A stretch of 63,753 bases of DNA, the filler included, from Vannella sp. (Eukaryota), in the NCBI GenBank assembly GCA_023345925.1. It is 4 parts of 4 records of this genome, joined end to end, with 100 filler letters (N's around TTAATTAATTAA, not from the genome) between each part and the next. Parts side by side here need not be neighbours in the genome. Positions count along the whole stretch, not along the records: positions 1 to 23,673 come from JAJQQN010001133.1; 3 more parts are not named here. The stretch is one strand, 5' to 3'. Below the pieces are notes generated by a model. It made no database searches. It saw only the letters and a program-made list of their open reading frames with translations, and had not been told where the DNA came from. Below are positions 1-12,385 of the stretch, piece after piece; within the stretch, counting starts at the first letter, position 1, and every line of letters begins with the position of its first letter. A program made the translations under genes and the position numbers.

Positions 1-470
1 CACCACGGCCCCACCAACAAAGCTCAAAGCATCCGGCGACTCGATCATCAGGAGAAGGTGAAATGCTCATTTCCCCTTCCTTCTCGAATGCCCTTCGGCT
101 AAGCATTGAAGGGAGCCTTTGGACGCTTTTGGAGGTAACAACCAGGGCCAACTCACAACGGCAACCTGCGGAGGTTCCCTGGAATGGCCCGCAGCCGGTT
201 CAGGTGGACTGGGGATGGCAACACTCCCTCGTTCTTGATGCAGAGGCGATGTGTGGGATGCTGGTCGCTCCTTTACCTCTTCTCTCACCTTCCAACGAGT
301 GCCGGAACTGCCATATACCGCTTTGAAGTTAGTGGCTGCTGGAGAGCTTCACAGCGCTGCCATCGACACCCAAGGCGTCTCCATCTCCGCCTGTTGTAAC
401 GGGAAATCCTTTTGTAATAGCGAAATGAACAGAATCTCCTCATTTGTGTTGTTTGAGTCATTTAGGAGGG

Positions 471-1428
471 ATGAGCGACGAGATCGACCTCGATGCCCTG
501 TTGGAGAGTGCTTTGGAAGACTTTAGTAAGGAACCAGAGACCCCCGTACCACCAGTAGCGTTGCCACAGTTTGTGCCGTCTTCTGGTAGTCGCTCTGAGG
601 AGCCAGACATGGCTGATCTGCTGCAGAACCCGATGAAGGCTCTCACAAGCATGTTGGCGGACCCAAAGATGAAAGAGGAGTTTGAACGCGACTTTGGTGG
701 GATGTTGCGAGAGATGGAGGGTGAAGGGGGTGCTTCAGAGTCATTCTCCCTTGATAACCTGCAAAAGGAGCTCGAATCTTTCACCAAGGCGATGGGAGAA
801 GCTCCCAGCGTACCAAGAAGGGCGGAATCTCCTTCTGAAGGCAAGCGAGAGGCGATTGACTCTTCTGAAGAAGCAGACGCGCTTGCTTCAACTCTTAAGA
901 ACCTTTTGGATAGTGCGAAGGAGCTACAAGGAGTGCGTAAACACGTTCGCCCGCAGCATCTCCTCACTCTATGTACAGGATGGGTCGGAGATGAAGGAAG
1001 AGAGCTTTATGGAGATGTTTAAAGAGATTGAGAACAATCCAGAGCTCTCTGGCATCATGGAGACCATGATGGAGCGATTCATGTCCAAAGAAGTCCTCTA
1101 TGAGGGCCTCAAAGAGCTTCATGACAAAGTAGGTGACTTCCAATCCACTAAGTACGCCTGATACTCAACCTCTGATCAGTTCCAAGTGTGGATGGATCAG
1201 AAGGAAACCGAAGGGAGCTTGTCCGACAGCGAAAGAGCTCAATATCTCACCCAACTTGGCGCTATCCAAAAGGTTCTGGCAGTCTACGATGCCAACGAGA
1301 ACGATGCGAGTACAGCATCCGAAGCAGAGGAGCTCCTTCGCCAAATGGAGAGTGTCGGGACACTCCCCGAAGAAGTTCTCCGCCAAATCGGTAAAACTGG
1401 AGCTGACGCACCCTGCACCATCATGTGA
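471..1428 (+). CDS. PEX19: Peroxin Pex19 (3 exons; introns 933-978, 1129-1179)
   Basis: N-terminal MSDEIDLDALLESALEDF, C-terminal MMERFMSKEVLYEGLKEL...GTLPEE and a CaaX end (CTIM*). GT-AG introns restore the frame. Confidence 0.92.
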
Positions 1429-1563
1429 AGAAACAAACCATTCGTAACTGCATTGTCAGACACTGTGAGGCTTGAAAGTAGAGAGAGGCTGCCACAGTCG
1501 ACCCCAAAAGCTTCAAGTTTAGTGGGAAATTGAACACTTTGATGGGATACGAACAAAGGGCAG

Positions 1564-4553
1564 TTAAGGATCTTCTGTTGAAGTGCTGGGCTCTTCTACG
1601 GGCTCGTCCAGGTCCAGATCTAGTTCGTACTCTGCTTCAAAGTCCAATTCAAGATCAATTTCATCGTCAGGATTCCTCTGGTTCTGATTGAGGTCCCCGG
1701 GAGACTTTTCTGAAGTCTCTAGGTCCAAATCAAATTCAGCATCAGGACCAACAAGGTCAAGTGACTCTGCCGTTGGCGTTTCAGCGGACTTGCTTGTTTG
1801 CGTTGATGTTGACTTGGAACGCTTTTTCTCTTTTGACTTTTTGGAGCGATGGGATCTCCCTTTGCTCTTCTTCAATGTGGTCCTACTTGATTCCCTTTCG
1901 CCCGTTTCCGGGTCTTTCCGGCTTTTCTTCGCCTTTCGGGGTTTGGCGGGGTTCTCATAGTTATCTACGAGGTCGCCATTGAAACTGCGCCATGTGCAGA
2001 AGATGGAAAGAACCAAAGTGGCACCGCTATCGCCGATGCCAAAGATAAGAGTCTTCTCCATCTTATGGAAACTGTAATCTTTCAGGTCAATAGATACCTT
2101 GCCAAGGCAATGTGCGCGGTCTTTCTTCTTCTCTGAGGAGGAGAGCAACTGGAAACTGACAATCCGGTTCTCAAAGGCGAGAGTCTTCCTGTCTTGGACC
2201 ATGTTGTAGTCACAAGCGATGCACGCATTATCCATGCTCCCTTCAAAGACCACAGACCGGTTCTTTGAACAGACAACAGGTTGCGTCTCGTCAGAAACCG
2301 TCTTCGTGTCAGCAGTGGGGCCAATGAGAGTGACGTTTCGCTTCGACTCGTGCTTCCAACGGATAAGCACTGGATGGTCAATCATCTTGGCTGGAAGGCT
2401 TTGAACTTCCTTAATCCAAAGGAAGAAGTTGACTACCACTCGGTTCTTGGACTTATTAATCTTTGGAGCCACGGACTGGGATCGTAAGACATCAATCCCT
2501 TCAGATAAGAAGGATTCTTCACCACTATCTGGATTCCAGGCGAAACTGAAGCCTCTAAAGATATCAACTGGAACATTTGCCTTATTGTCATCCTCCACAG
2601 GCTCGTCTGGATCAAAAGGTTTCCCCTTCTGAGAAGCGAGAAGGAATGTTAGTCAGCCACCACCTCTAATAAGCCAGTCCCAACTCACATTAACGGTTGG
2701 CAAGAAAGGCGGGGGAATCTTTCGGGCCAAGAGAAGCTTCCAGTCAATTGGCTGGAAGAAAGGATGGTCCTGAACCTCTGCAATGCCTCGAGGGCCACAT
2801 CCTAATCGATTTGCAGGGTCCTTCTCCAAGAGCTAGATTCGTCACTTCTTGTCAAAAGAAGAAAAGAAGGCAGCCAGGAGGTACTCACGCTACTAAGGAC
2901 AGCAATGCTTCGCTTGCTAAGGTGAGTGTAGTACTGAAAGGGAATTTCCCCCGTCTGGATTAACTGGAAGAGGTCGGGGTAGTGCTCTGCCCAAAAGGGA
3001 GGTTCTTGCGTCAGCATGATGAAGAGCATAATCCCGAAGCACCAAAGGTCGACACAATGAGTATGTCCTTGGTCCCCTGTGTCTGTGATTATCTCTGGTG
3101 CTAAATACGTTGCCGTTCCAGAGAAAGAATGGATTCGCTCTCCTCGTTTCGCCCGAGCGGACAACCCAAAGTCACTCAGTCGAATGTAGCCCCCGTCGTC
3201 AAGAAGAATGTTCTCCAATTTGAGGTCGCGGTAAACAATGTCGTTCGAATGCATGGCTTGTAATGCCAACAACACTTGGGCCGCGTAGAAGCGAGCTTCA
3301 TCCTCTGAGAAAGGGTCGTCCCTCTCCACTAACCAGTCAAATACGGACCCTCCACCCACCCATTCCATCACCAAACTGACACTCTTGTCTGTTTGGAAGG
3401 CGTGATACAACGCTGATAGCCATTACGGTCAGTACAGTAGAGGGAGCAACGAAGTATGAAACTTACAAACGATGAAGGGGTGGTGAGACATGTCCCGCAT
3501 GAACTCGAGCTCGTGTACCACATGGCGGATGGAATCTTCTCCATCCTCGAGGATCCCAGCCTTCTGCATGACCTTCATAGCCATAAGCTGGCCAGTATCT
3601 CGCTTAACGACAAGGAAAACCTTGCCAAAGGCGCCTTGTCCAATGACAGAGACCACCATAAAGTCCTCCAATGTTACCGAACCCTCTCCTGCCGGCCTTC
3701 GCCGGTCCTTAGAGAGCATATCTTGGTTACTGTATACCTTCTCAGAGACAGTAGGTCCAGTGTGACGCTGTGCCGTCCCTGGCGCGGGATTAAAGTGCTT
3801 CTCCGACAGCTTGCGGACCGAGTTGGTCGGCCGTAGTAGCTTGTTCCTGAAGTGGCTAACCGAGAGACTACGCGAACGTGAGGCCGGTCCTTCTTCGTTG
3901 GTCATGTCGGGATCAGAGAAGCCCGCCCTGATCTTGGTAGACTTTCGTTTGGAGCGCAAGCCGAGCGCGTCTATCTCCCCCTCTACCTGGCGTACCTTCT
4001 CTATCTTGGAGGCCACGATTTGGTCAAGAACGGACTGGTGCTCAATGTACTCCAACAAGAGGCGCTGGTAAGCAGTATCGGCGTCTTCGACTGTCTTCAG
4101 CTCGCTCAACTCGATGGGTACTCCGATGTCTTCCATCTCGTTTGGATCAAACGCCCGAGGACGATTGACCTTAGAAGCCTGTCCGTGTTGTTCAAAGTTC
4201 TCTTTGAGAGCACTGTAGTACCGATAGAGCTCCTCCTGCTCGAAGATTTGGCGGTGCATAGCCGCCGTCTTCCTCTTGTAAGTGTTGTTCGCGTCGAGGA
4301 TCTTATTGATGGTTGCATTGAAGAGAGCTTGCTCTTGTTCGGGTTTTAGCTGCGGCAACTCGATGATCTGATTGTCGGCTCTGTGAGAGACGCGCCGAAC
4401 AGAGCCGGAGGACTCAGCCTTGTGGAGCGGGTTCGTGATCATTGAGGCTGCCGACCTTGCTGTATCTCGTATCGACATGCGCTTCTTTAGGGAACTCTTC
4501 GGTCTCTTCTGCCGTCGAACGGCAATCGGGGCGATTGCAGGGTCGTCGCTCAT
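1564..4553 (-). CDS. AGC-family Ser/Thr kinase with N-terminal coiled coil and C-terminal NT-C2-like domain (multi-exon; start uncertain)
   Basis: GQGAFGKV, AMKVM, YRDLKLEN, DFG, GTATYLAPE, RLGCG...HPFF..IDW, hydrophobic motif FRGFSF, then a beta-rich domain containing LGKVSIDLKDY. Confidence 0.85.
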
Positions 4554-5178
4554 ACCCGCTGGCTGTTGATAAACTGCCGTTGCAAGTCAATTTGCGGCAA
4601 ACTGCCAACGAGAGAATGAAGAAATGAGATTTAGTGGCTTCAACTGGACTTGTTTGGTAACGGAAGGACCTTCTGTGTCGGAGTAAGAGCAAGAAGGGGA
4701 GGGATAACAAGACAGAATCAGCGAATTGTAGTTTTGAATGCTTCACGGAGGAATATGCATCCGTTGATCATCATACTGTCACATGAGAGAGACGTACTCT
4801 GAGAAGTGCAGCCTTTACTCGGAGGAGGAGTGCTGAAGAGGGTGGACATGGGCCAGTTGAGATCGTGCAGGCGCTGTGTAGGCACAGGGAGAGGATAGTC
4901 TGATCAAAACATGTTCTGAAAGAAGGATAAGTAACGAGTTAAATGCGATGATTCGCCTGTTGTTCTCATTGAAAAAAGTGGTAGCTTAGAGAATATCTTC
5001 ACAGAGTTCGGACAAATGCCTCGGTATAATCCTTGAACAACAGGCGAGGGGAAGTTGGCTTACCAGACGAGAGGGAGAAGTAATGAAACCAACCTCGCCC
5101 AAACTTTGGGAAATCCCCAAAAGACAAAGATCCGGATTTTAGATTTAATCAACAAGGGGATAGATCTGTCATTTTCAT

Positions 5179-7189
5179 ATGGCCTTGCCTCAATACTCAG
5201 GGGCTGTGTGGAGCGGGGCATCGTTGTTGATGGCGGGAGTGGTTTGGTGGTGTTTGAAGTTCACCAGAGTTCGTCAATGCTCACCATTGCACACCACGGG
5301 GTCTGCAGTACGACAGCAGGTGATCTTCAGCGCCATGAGTGCGGTGTCCTGGTTTTGCCACCGCGCTTTCCTTCGGGATGCAAAGCGAGCCAAAGAGGTT
5401 CAGGGTGGGACCTTTCCTTCATCAGAGGTCGCTCTCTCACACTCTAGGTAGACGAGGTCTTGCTAAAGATCCTTAAAGACAATCAGGATACCCCCTACGG
5501 CAAAAGTTGGCGTTTTGGAGAGATCAATAGCCGGGAGGCCTTCCAACAGCTCCACCCTCTGACCACTTACGAGCACTACCAGTCTTACATCGAGGAGATT
5601 CAGGAGCAGGGTGACCTAAACGTGCTGACAACGTGTAAGAATGCACTTCAGAGTCTGCTTTTGGACTCGCCCTGATGACTGGGTAGATCCTTTGGTCCAG
5701 TTAGCGATGACTTCAGGTACTAGTGGATCGCGGAAGCTGCTCCCTTTTACAAAGAAGCAGCGAACTGTCTTCTTCTTGCAAGGCATCGCTGTTATTTACC
5801 GCCAGTTACTCAGAATTGCAGGAACATCCCTTCAGAAGTCATGCAAGTTCATGTACACTCCCAAGAAAAGAACGGCACCTTCTGGGGTTATGGTGAGTGC
5901 CAACCCTTGAAGAACGAGAAAGAATGAGGTCTCATGCCATCTCAGATTGGTCCCAATTCATCTTCTCCTGAAGACAGCAAGTCAATGATGTGCATGTTCA
6001 CTACTCCTTTGGAGGGCTACATGGAGATCAGCAACGAAAGGGCAGCACTTTATGTGCATTTACTCTTTGCCTTGAAGGATCATAACCTGGGACAGTTCGA
6101 AGCCAATTTTGTTTCCCTCATTTACCATGCTTTCCGCTTCTTACAAGTTCACTGGAGGACGATGAGTGATGACATCCGACATGGAAAAGTCAATTCGGCT
6201 TTTGAGATGGCCTCGACCACAAGGAAAAGTTTGGAGCGGTCACTTCAAGGTCCTGATCCAGCACGCGCTGATTGGATCGATCGGGAGTTTGCATTGGGAG
6301 TTGAGGGCATTGCCACTCGCTTGTGGCCAAACCTCCGATGTATATTGAGCTGCAATACCGGCCCCTTCCAGCTCTATGATGAGAAGCTTTCCACTTTCAT
6401 CCCCAAAAGTGTACCACGTTATTCACCTCTCTATGCTGCTTCGGAGGGCTTACTTGGTATCAATCTGGAGGAAAATGGATCAAATTACATCATGCCACCA
6501 CGAGCAATGTTCTTGGAGTTCATTCCTGTGCTCAGCGATGACGAGGGTGAGCCAGAGAAAGTTCTCTTTGCGGACCAGATTGAGATTGGAGGAGTATACG
6601 AGCTTGTCATTACCAATATGTCAGGACTCATTCGGTACCGCATGGGAGACGTCCTCAAACTTGTTGGTCGCTACCACAACGCTCCAATTATTGAGTTTCA
6701 ATACCGCAAAGTGAGCCTTCTTTTCCTCATAGCGGACATGCTAATCATCATCAGGGTCAATTGATCAATTTGCGAGGAGAAAAAACTTCTGAAAAAAGCT
6801 TTTCAGAAGCAATACGTCTCGTACAATGGCCAGCTCCGGTGTTTGAATTCACTTCCGTAGATCCTGCTCTATTACAAGGCGACTTTGGAGAAATGCCCCG
6901 CTATCACATCTTTGTGGAGTTCGTTGATGAACCTTCCTCTTCTCTCGCAGACGGAGAGATGTTGGCCAGCAGCTTTGATGCAAATCTTTCCCAACTCAGC
7001 CCTGTTTACCAATCCTTCCGCGAGAAGGGAAGCATCGAACCGCCGATGATTCACATTGTTAGGAAGGGCACTTTCGAGCAGATTCGCCAACACATAATTG
7101 AAAGTGGCACTGGTGCCACTCAGGTGAAGATCCCGCGGGTGGTGAGAGTTCTGGAGCACATAACCTTCCTGCAAGATGGAAGGCTTTGA
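5179..7189 (+). CDS. GH3-family acyl-adenylating protein (GHDC-like), multi-exon
   Basis: LLKILKDNQDTPYGK, HPLTTYEHY, MTSGTSG, YAASEG, YELVITNMSGLIRYRMGD, NLRGEKT, QVKIPRV. Hydrophobic N-terminal segment. Confidence 0.88.
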
Positions 7190-7212
7190 GAAACAATTAA
7201 CTGAAAGTGACT

Positions 7213-8814
7213 TTACTGTGAAGACGCTTGTTCAAGTCGCAGAAGCGCGTTGACTGTGCTTGCCTCGCGAAAGGAGGGATCCGTGGCGAGGTTGTGAAGT
7301 GGTGAAGACATGCCATATGGATCAATCACACGGTGCTTGGGGGCGCTTTCATCTCGGTACTGGCTCATCCCAAGGATGCTGTCCATCTCTTGAGTGAGAC
7401 TGACGCCATCTTCGAGTGGAGCGTCTTGCATCAAAGTATTCTCATCATCACTCTCTTCAATGATATCAGAACTCTCAGTATCTTCCACATTAGTGTCCGC
7501 ATAAGCCTGGGCTGCGTATTGTTCCACTGAAAGGATAGGCTGGGCGTCTTCCCCTGACTCATAATCCTCAGAGTCAGAAGAAGGTACCAATGCAAAGGAG
7601 ACTGCATTGCGGTGCTTCACAGGGGAAGAAGTCATGCCTTCGTCCACAGACTCGCTTGTGGTAGATTCGAGGCTTTTAAGTTGAGAAATATGGAGAGATG
7701 GGCTCGCTGATACAGGAGATGGTGAAAGTAGACTTGCCTTTTCCTGAGAAAGTAGACCAACGTTCTGAATCTGGGACGGGGATGGCACGCTCAGCTGAAT
7801 TTGGCTCTTCAATGAGACGATTTCGGCTTGTTGCGACTCAACGTGCTCTTTGAGTTCGTATGCAAGTGTTTTCATGGCCTGCAGCTTAGTTTGGAACTTC
7901 CTTTCTGCTGCTTTGGCCTTTTTTTGAGCCAATTCACTTCCATTGGTGATTTCCTGCAGTCGAACTGCCATTGATTGGCTTGAAGACACAAGTCTCTTCC
8001 GCTCCTCCTCTTTTCGCTCCAGTTTCTCAGCCATTAAAGCAATAGTTCCTTCAAGACGCTTCTTATCAGCCTCCAAAGGGGATGGAGTGATTGAAATGTC
8101 AGCAGTACTTGGTCCTCCTGAGAACATTGCCAGTTCCTCCGCAGAGCAATTGAGAACGTAGGATATGATGTTCAGCCTTTCGACATGAATTGACGATGCA
8201 TCTGGCTTCTCATGAATTGATGATGCATCTGGCTTCTCATGAAGCACCTGAGTTAAAGACAATGCTTGAAGCTGCTCTTGGCTGCCTTCCTCCTCGGCAG
8301 CTTTCTCCCCGTTTCCAGCGAGAAAGTTCCTAATCTCAGCCTCTTTCTCAGAGATGATCCCATGCAATGTTGCCATCTGCTGGAGAGACTCAGCATGACT
8401 TGTCATCACGGTTTGGGACAGAGAGCGGCGTTCCTGTTCGGACTGAGTGACTTGGTTCTCAAGAAACTGGATTCGGGTTTGCTGCTCTCGGACGATCTGC
8501 TTGTGTTCTGCTTGAAGAGCTTCAAATTGAGAGCGAAGGTCTTGCAGGTCTCTCTGTGAATGGCCAGGAGAAGGAAAAGAGTTGGTTGGCCCTCGTTGAA
8601 GAGCAGGTGGGATGATTGGCTGGGCGACAGGCGGGGTGTATGCTTGTGTAGGTTGCGTAGGTGACTGGCAAGCCGGGTTCACAGGGCCTGCGAATAGTTG
8701 CTGATACCCCCCTGCTGGTTTCGCCTTCTTTCCCCCAGGCATTCTCGCCATTTCCAAAGAGCGTTTGTCTCCAAGAGCTGGTCCTCTAGGAAACGTACTG
8801 ACTCGATGATCCAT
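7213..8814 (-). CDS. Uncharacterised coiled-coil protein, about 533 aa
   Basis: Long uninterrupted ORF with a Pro/Gln-rich N-terminus, heptad-rich E/Q/K segments and an acidic tail. Confidence 0.65.
   Translation of the reverse strand: MDHRVSTFPRGPALGDKRSLEMARMPGGKKAKPAGGYQQLFAGPVNPACQSPTQPTQAYTPPVAQPIIPPALQRGPTNSFPSPGHSQRDLQDLRSQFEALQAEHKQIVREQQTRIQFLENQVTQSEQERRSLSQTVMTSHAESLQQMATLHGIISEKEAEIRNFLAGNGEKAAEEEGSQEQLQALSLTQVLHEKPDASSIHEKPDASSIHVERLNIISYVLNCSAEELAMFSGGPSTADISITPSPLEADKKRLEGTIALMAEKLERKEEERKRLVSSSQSMAVRLQEITNGSELAQKKAKAAERKFQTKLQAMKTLAYELKEHVESQQAEIVSLKSQIQLSVPSPSQIQNVGLLSQEKASLLSPSPVSASPSLHISQLKSLESTTSESVDEGMTSSPVKHRNAVSFALVPSSDSEDYESGEDAQPILSVEQYAAQAYADTNVEDTESSDIIEESDDENTLMQDAPLEDGVSLTQEMDSILGMSQYRDESAPKHRVIDPYGMSSPLHNLATDPSFREASTVNALLRLEQASSQ
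8184..8243. repeat. 27-bp tandem repeat (about 2.2 copies) encoding HEKPDASSI x2
   Basis: catgaattga(c/t)gatgcatctggcttct repeated with one mismatch, in frame within the CDS. Confidence 0.9.
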
Positions 8815-8922
8815 CACGCAAAAAATGAAGGAGACTTGTCGAGGACCTTCTTTTGTTGGGTCAATTCTGATTTCCTGGAAAATTTTAAAAGATTTGGGGA
8901 ACCGGAAGACCTCAGTAATAAT

Positions 8923-9591
8923 TTAGGTTTTATAGAGACCATTCTCTTGTTCATCAGACATGGTACATAATTGCTCATCAGCATTAGCAAGGGCATCTTG
9001 GTGGAGTGGAGGAGATTGGGGCGTTTCTCCTTTTTGTTGGTTCTCTTCTTCTTCGTCAGAGGCGGGGTTGAGAAGATCTTCGATGCGTAGTGGGGTGGCA
9101 ACGTGAACGATTGGTATTTCTTTCTCTCGTTTGAGCATCGTCTGGTAATGAATTCCACAGGCATTGCAGAGACTGTGAGATGCGTTAGATCGACTGGCAT
9201 GTTGCATGTGCATCATACGTGTTGTTGCCAGCTGGTCCCCTTCTCCATTGAGGTGAACGTAGTACTCCACATACCTGGCACCCTTCTTTTTGAAGCTCCG
9301 TCTGCTCGAGCATCAGACATCAACTTGATGCGTTCACGTCCGGGAAGGGATGCTCCCACGTACCGTCTTGTGCGAATTTCTACGTCGTCTCTTGATAGAT
9401 ATGAGTGGGTTCTCGGAGAATGGAGGAGGTTCTGCCGGTGTTCTACGGTCCTGAGGACTTTCATCGCCATTAGCATCTGCAAAAAGTACTAAGGGAACAC
9501 AGAGGACTCGAGCTCTGGACTCCAGTACGGTATTCCACCAACAACTGACTTACCTCTCCGTGACAAAGATGAAGTCATTAGGCAGGCTCAT
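8923..9591 (-). CDS. GATA-type zinc-finger transcription factor (multi-exon; 5' exon boundaries uncertain)
   Basis: Spliced product CQVCGVLRSPQWRRGPAGNNT|LCNACGIHY (C-x2-C-x18-CNAC), followed by an LRIEDLLNP motif. Confidence 0.85.
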
Positions 9592-9735
9592 GTTCAGGCA
9601 GTTGCGATCTTGCCTGGCCGGTCGCCCCCAAAATGGCATTTTGCACCACAAAAGATGAAAGCCAATTAGGATTGACATTGAGATGGAGATTGACATTCAG
9701 AATCTTTCTTTTGATTGTTTACTTATTTATTGTTT

Positions 9736-10575
9736 ATGAAGATCGGGCTTTTGGGGTTTGGCAGCTTGGGAGAGTACCTGTTTAATGCTGCTCAGGAGAG
9801 GGACGAATTGGAGGTGGTTTGGGTGTGGAATCGCACTGCAGAGGCTCTTTTGAAGCTACCTGAGAGTTTGAGAGTGGCGAAGATCGAGGACATTGCTTCT
9901 TTCCCTCCTGTTGACATCATTGTTGAGGTAGCTCATCCTTCCATCACAGAGAAGTATGGAAGCTTCCTTGTGCGCCAAGCCAACTACTTCGTAGGTTCTC
10001 CTACGTGCTTTGCCGACGCAGAGACAGAGAAGGCAGTCCGAGACACACTCAAGGAGTGTCCAAACCGTGCTGTGTACGTTCCTGCAGGAGCCTTCTGGGG
10101 AGCGCAGGACATCTTCAAGATGGCGAGCAACGGCTCCCTTCATTCACTTAGTGTCACGATGAAGAAGCACCCCAGCAGCCTCAAGCTCGAGGGAGAACTT
10201 GGAGAGAGGCTTGCACGCGTCATTGAGGACAAGACAGAAGGAGAAGTGGTCTTGTATGAAGGCAGTGTACGAGGTATTTGCCCTTTGGCTCCAAACAACG
10301 TCAATACGATGGCTGCAGGAGCTCTGGCTGGCTTCAACCTCGGTTTCGATGGTGTTCAAGCTCGCCTTGTCTCTGATAGAAGCCTAGACGCCCACGTCAT
10401 CACCATTGAAGCTTCTGGTGCGCCCAACGCTCAGGGAGATGCCTTCAAGATCTCCACAGAGCGCTACAACCCAGCAGCAGTTGGAGCAGTCACTGGGAGT
10501 GCCACTTACGCTTCCTTCCTCTCCTCCCTTCTCCAAGCACACTCACAAGCCTCTGGAGCCATTCACTTGTGCTAA
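9736..10575 (+). CDS. ASPDH: Aspartate dehydrogenase domain-containing protein (ASPDH/NadX family)
   Basis: Rossmann motif MKIGLLGFGSLG, IIVEVAHP, GAFWGAQDI, MKKHP, LYEGSVRGICPLAPNNVNTMAA, GAVTGSATY. Confidence 0.9.
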   Translation: MKIGLLGFGSLGEYLFNAAQERDELEVVWVWNRTAEALLKLPESLRVAKIEDIASFPPVDIIVEVAHPSITEKYGSFLVRQANYFVGSPTCFADAETEKAVRDTLKECPNRAVYVPAGAFWGAQDIFKMASNGSLHSLSVTMKKHPSSLKLEGELGERLARVIEDKTEGEVVLYEGSVRGICPLAPNNVNTMAAGALAGFNLGFDGVQARLVSDRSLDAHVITIEASGAPNAQGDAFKISTERYNPAAVGAVTGSATYASFLSSLLQAHSQASGAIHLC

Positions 10576-10626
10576 TGCACCAGTCCTAAACTCTCCTCTC
10601 CTGAGCATTTCCTCTTCGCCCTTCCG

Positions 10627-12208
10627 ATGATGCACGTTGTTGGCTCCGGCCTCCTAAAGGGGAGGAAGAAATGTGCGTTCTAGGGCTTAGCTGTACTTGT
10701 GAGTCTCTGACAGGGTGTAGGTGAGCTGTACGCTTGGGGTCGTAACGAGACCTCGCAGTTGGGACTGGGCGCGATGAACGACAACCAGTTCGAGCCTGTT
10801 CTCGTCGAGGACCTGAAAAAGAAGAAGGTCATATATATCTCTGCTGGCTCCCAGCATAGCGCGGCTCTCTTAGGTGCGTAGCTTGAGATAGAGCGAACTG
10901 CACCTCACCACACCTTAGCAAATGGAGAGACGTACTCTTGGGGTCGTGGAGAGGAAGGACAACTTGGTAATGGCAATCTGGTTCGCGGATATATACCCAT
11001 GCGAGTGCCCCTCTCCAAGAAGAAGAAGTTCCAGATGATTTCGTGCAGCTCTCGGTTCACTGTGGCTATTATCAGTACGTTCACTCCCTCTACTGGCAAC
11101 CTACTCTAACCTCTTGAAGGTGACAAGGCTGGGAGTGTTTATTCATGGGGACAGGGCTCTGAGGACCAGCTGGGAGTGGAAGGAGCCGCCACCACATTCA
11201 TCCCCTATGTGGCCGTCCCCATATGTGTGAGCTTCTTTGCTCGTATGAACGTTCGCAGTATCTCTGCAGGTGTGAATCACGTAGCATGCGTCGTTGGTAA
11301 GCTCTCTTCTTCCTTTCATAGGCCAAAAGTAACCAAACTATGAAGAAAACGAAGCGGGAGACACCGACGTCTATACTTGGGGTGACGGTTCGAAGGGGAA
11401 GCTTGGAAATAACTCGGAACAGGTATATTGTAGCGTTGGTGGAGCTCTGCTGTTCTTTCTGACGTCATGGAATAGTCTGAAGTCACTCCTTATCATGTTG
11501 TGGCCCTGCGGGGAGCTCGGGCTGGAATGGTCAGCTGTGGATCTGATTTTTCAGTGATGCTTTCAAGTGCGCTCCTTTATCCGTTATTGGATAGCTTAGA
11601 CTCACTCTGCTGTAGCACGAGGTGATGTTTACACCTGGGGAAGCGGAGATAGTGGCCGAACAGGCACTGGCTCGGTGGACAATGTTTTTGTGCCCGTTTG
11701 TTTGCCCACTTTTGGGAAGCTCAACATTGTTGAGGTCTCTGCAGGTTATGACCATGTCGCTGCTCTCACTGGTGAGAGAACGAGCTGGTGCGATAATGGC
11801 CATCTGATTCTCTTGTCCCAGATGATGGAAAAGTGTATACTTGGGGATACGGCAGTAATGGCCGATTGGGCAATGGAGAGGAGATCGATGGGCTTATTCC
11901 CAAGCCAGTGAAGGGTCTGAATGACGTCAAGATTGTCCACATCAGTTGTGGAGGTCATCACACAGCTGCTGTCACAGGTACGAGAGCGAGTCCCGCTCCT
12001 TCTGGCGCTAACGCATCTGGGCCGGTGACCAGATGAGGGTCGCTTGTACACTTTTGGCTGGAATCACTATGGGCAGCTGGGACTCAACCCTTTCTGCCAT
12101 GGATCAGAGGATTGCCAACTGCTTCCTCAACTAGTGAAGAGCTTAGAAGGGCGAGTCGTCGTCCAAGTCAGTTGCGGGGAGCAGCACACTCTCGCTCTTG
12201 TCGTATAG
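10627..12208 (+). CDS. RCC1-repeat beta-propeller protein, many short introns
   Basis: Repeated (L/V)Y(A/S/T)WG..G(Q/R)LG and ISAG..H units, e.g. LYAWGRNETSQLGLG, VYTWGYGSNGRLG, VSCGEQHTLALV*. Confidence 0.88.
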
Positions 12209-12385
12209 AACCCAACTCATCCCATCCACTGCATTAATAAATGTTTTGAACGGGAACAAGCCGGTTTGAGCTATTTTGGTTCATTTCGCAGTTTGTGTCT
12301 AAAAATAGAACACTTCAGCGAGCTGATGGGAGAAAAGCAAGTCTGAGGACGAGGGAAGGTCACTAAGAACAACCACACCTACACA

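Noticed and set aside
1..400. Possible 5' exons of a minus-strand gene running off the window
   Set aside because: Splice-like signals are present, but I found no recognisable protein motif or unambiguous frame.
7213..9591. GATA gene and downstream coiled-coil ORF as a single gene
   Set aside because: The GATA frame ends in TAA at 8923, followed by an AT-rich spacer with no convincing splice donor.
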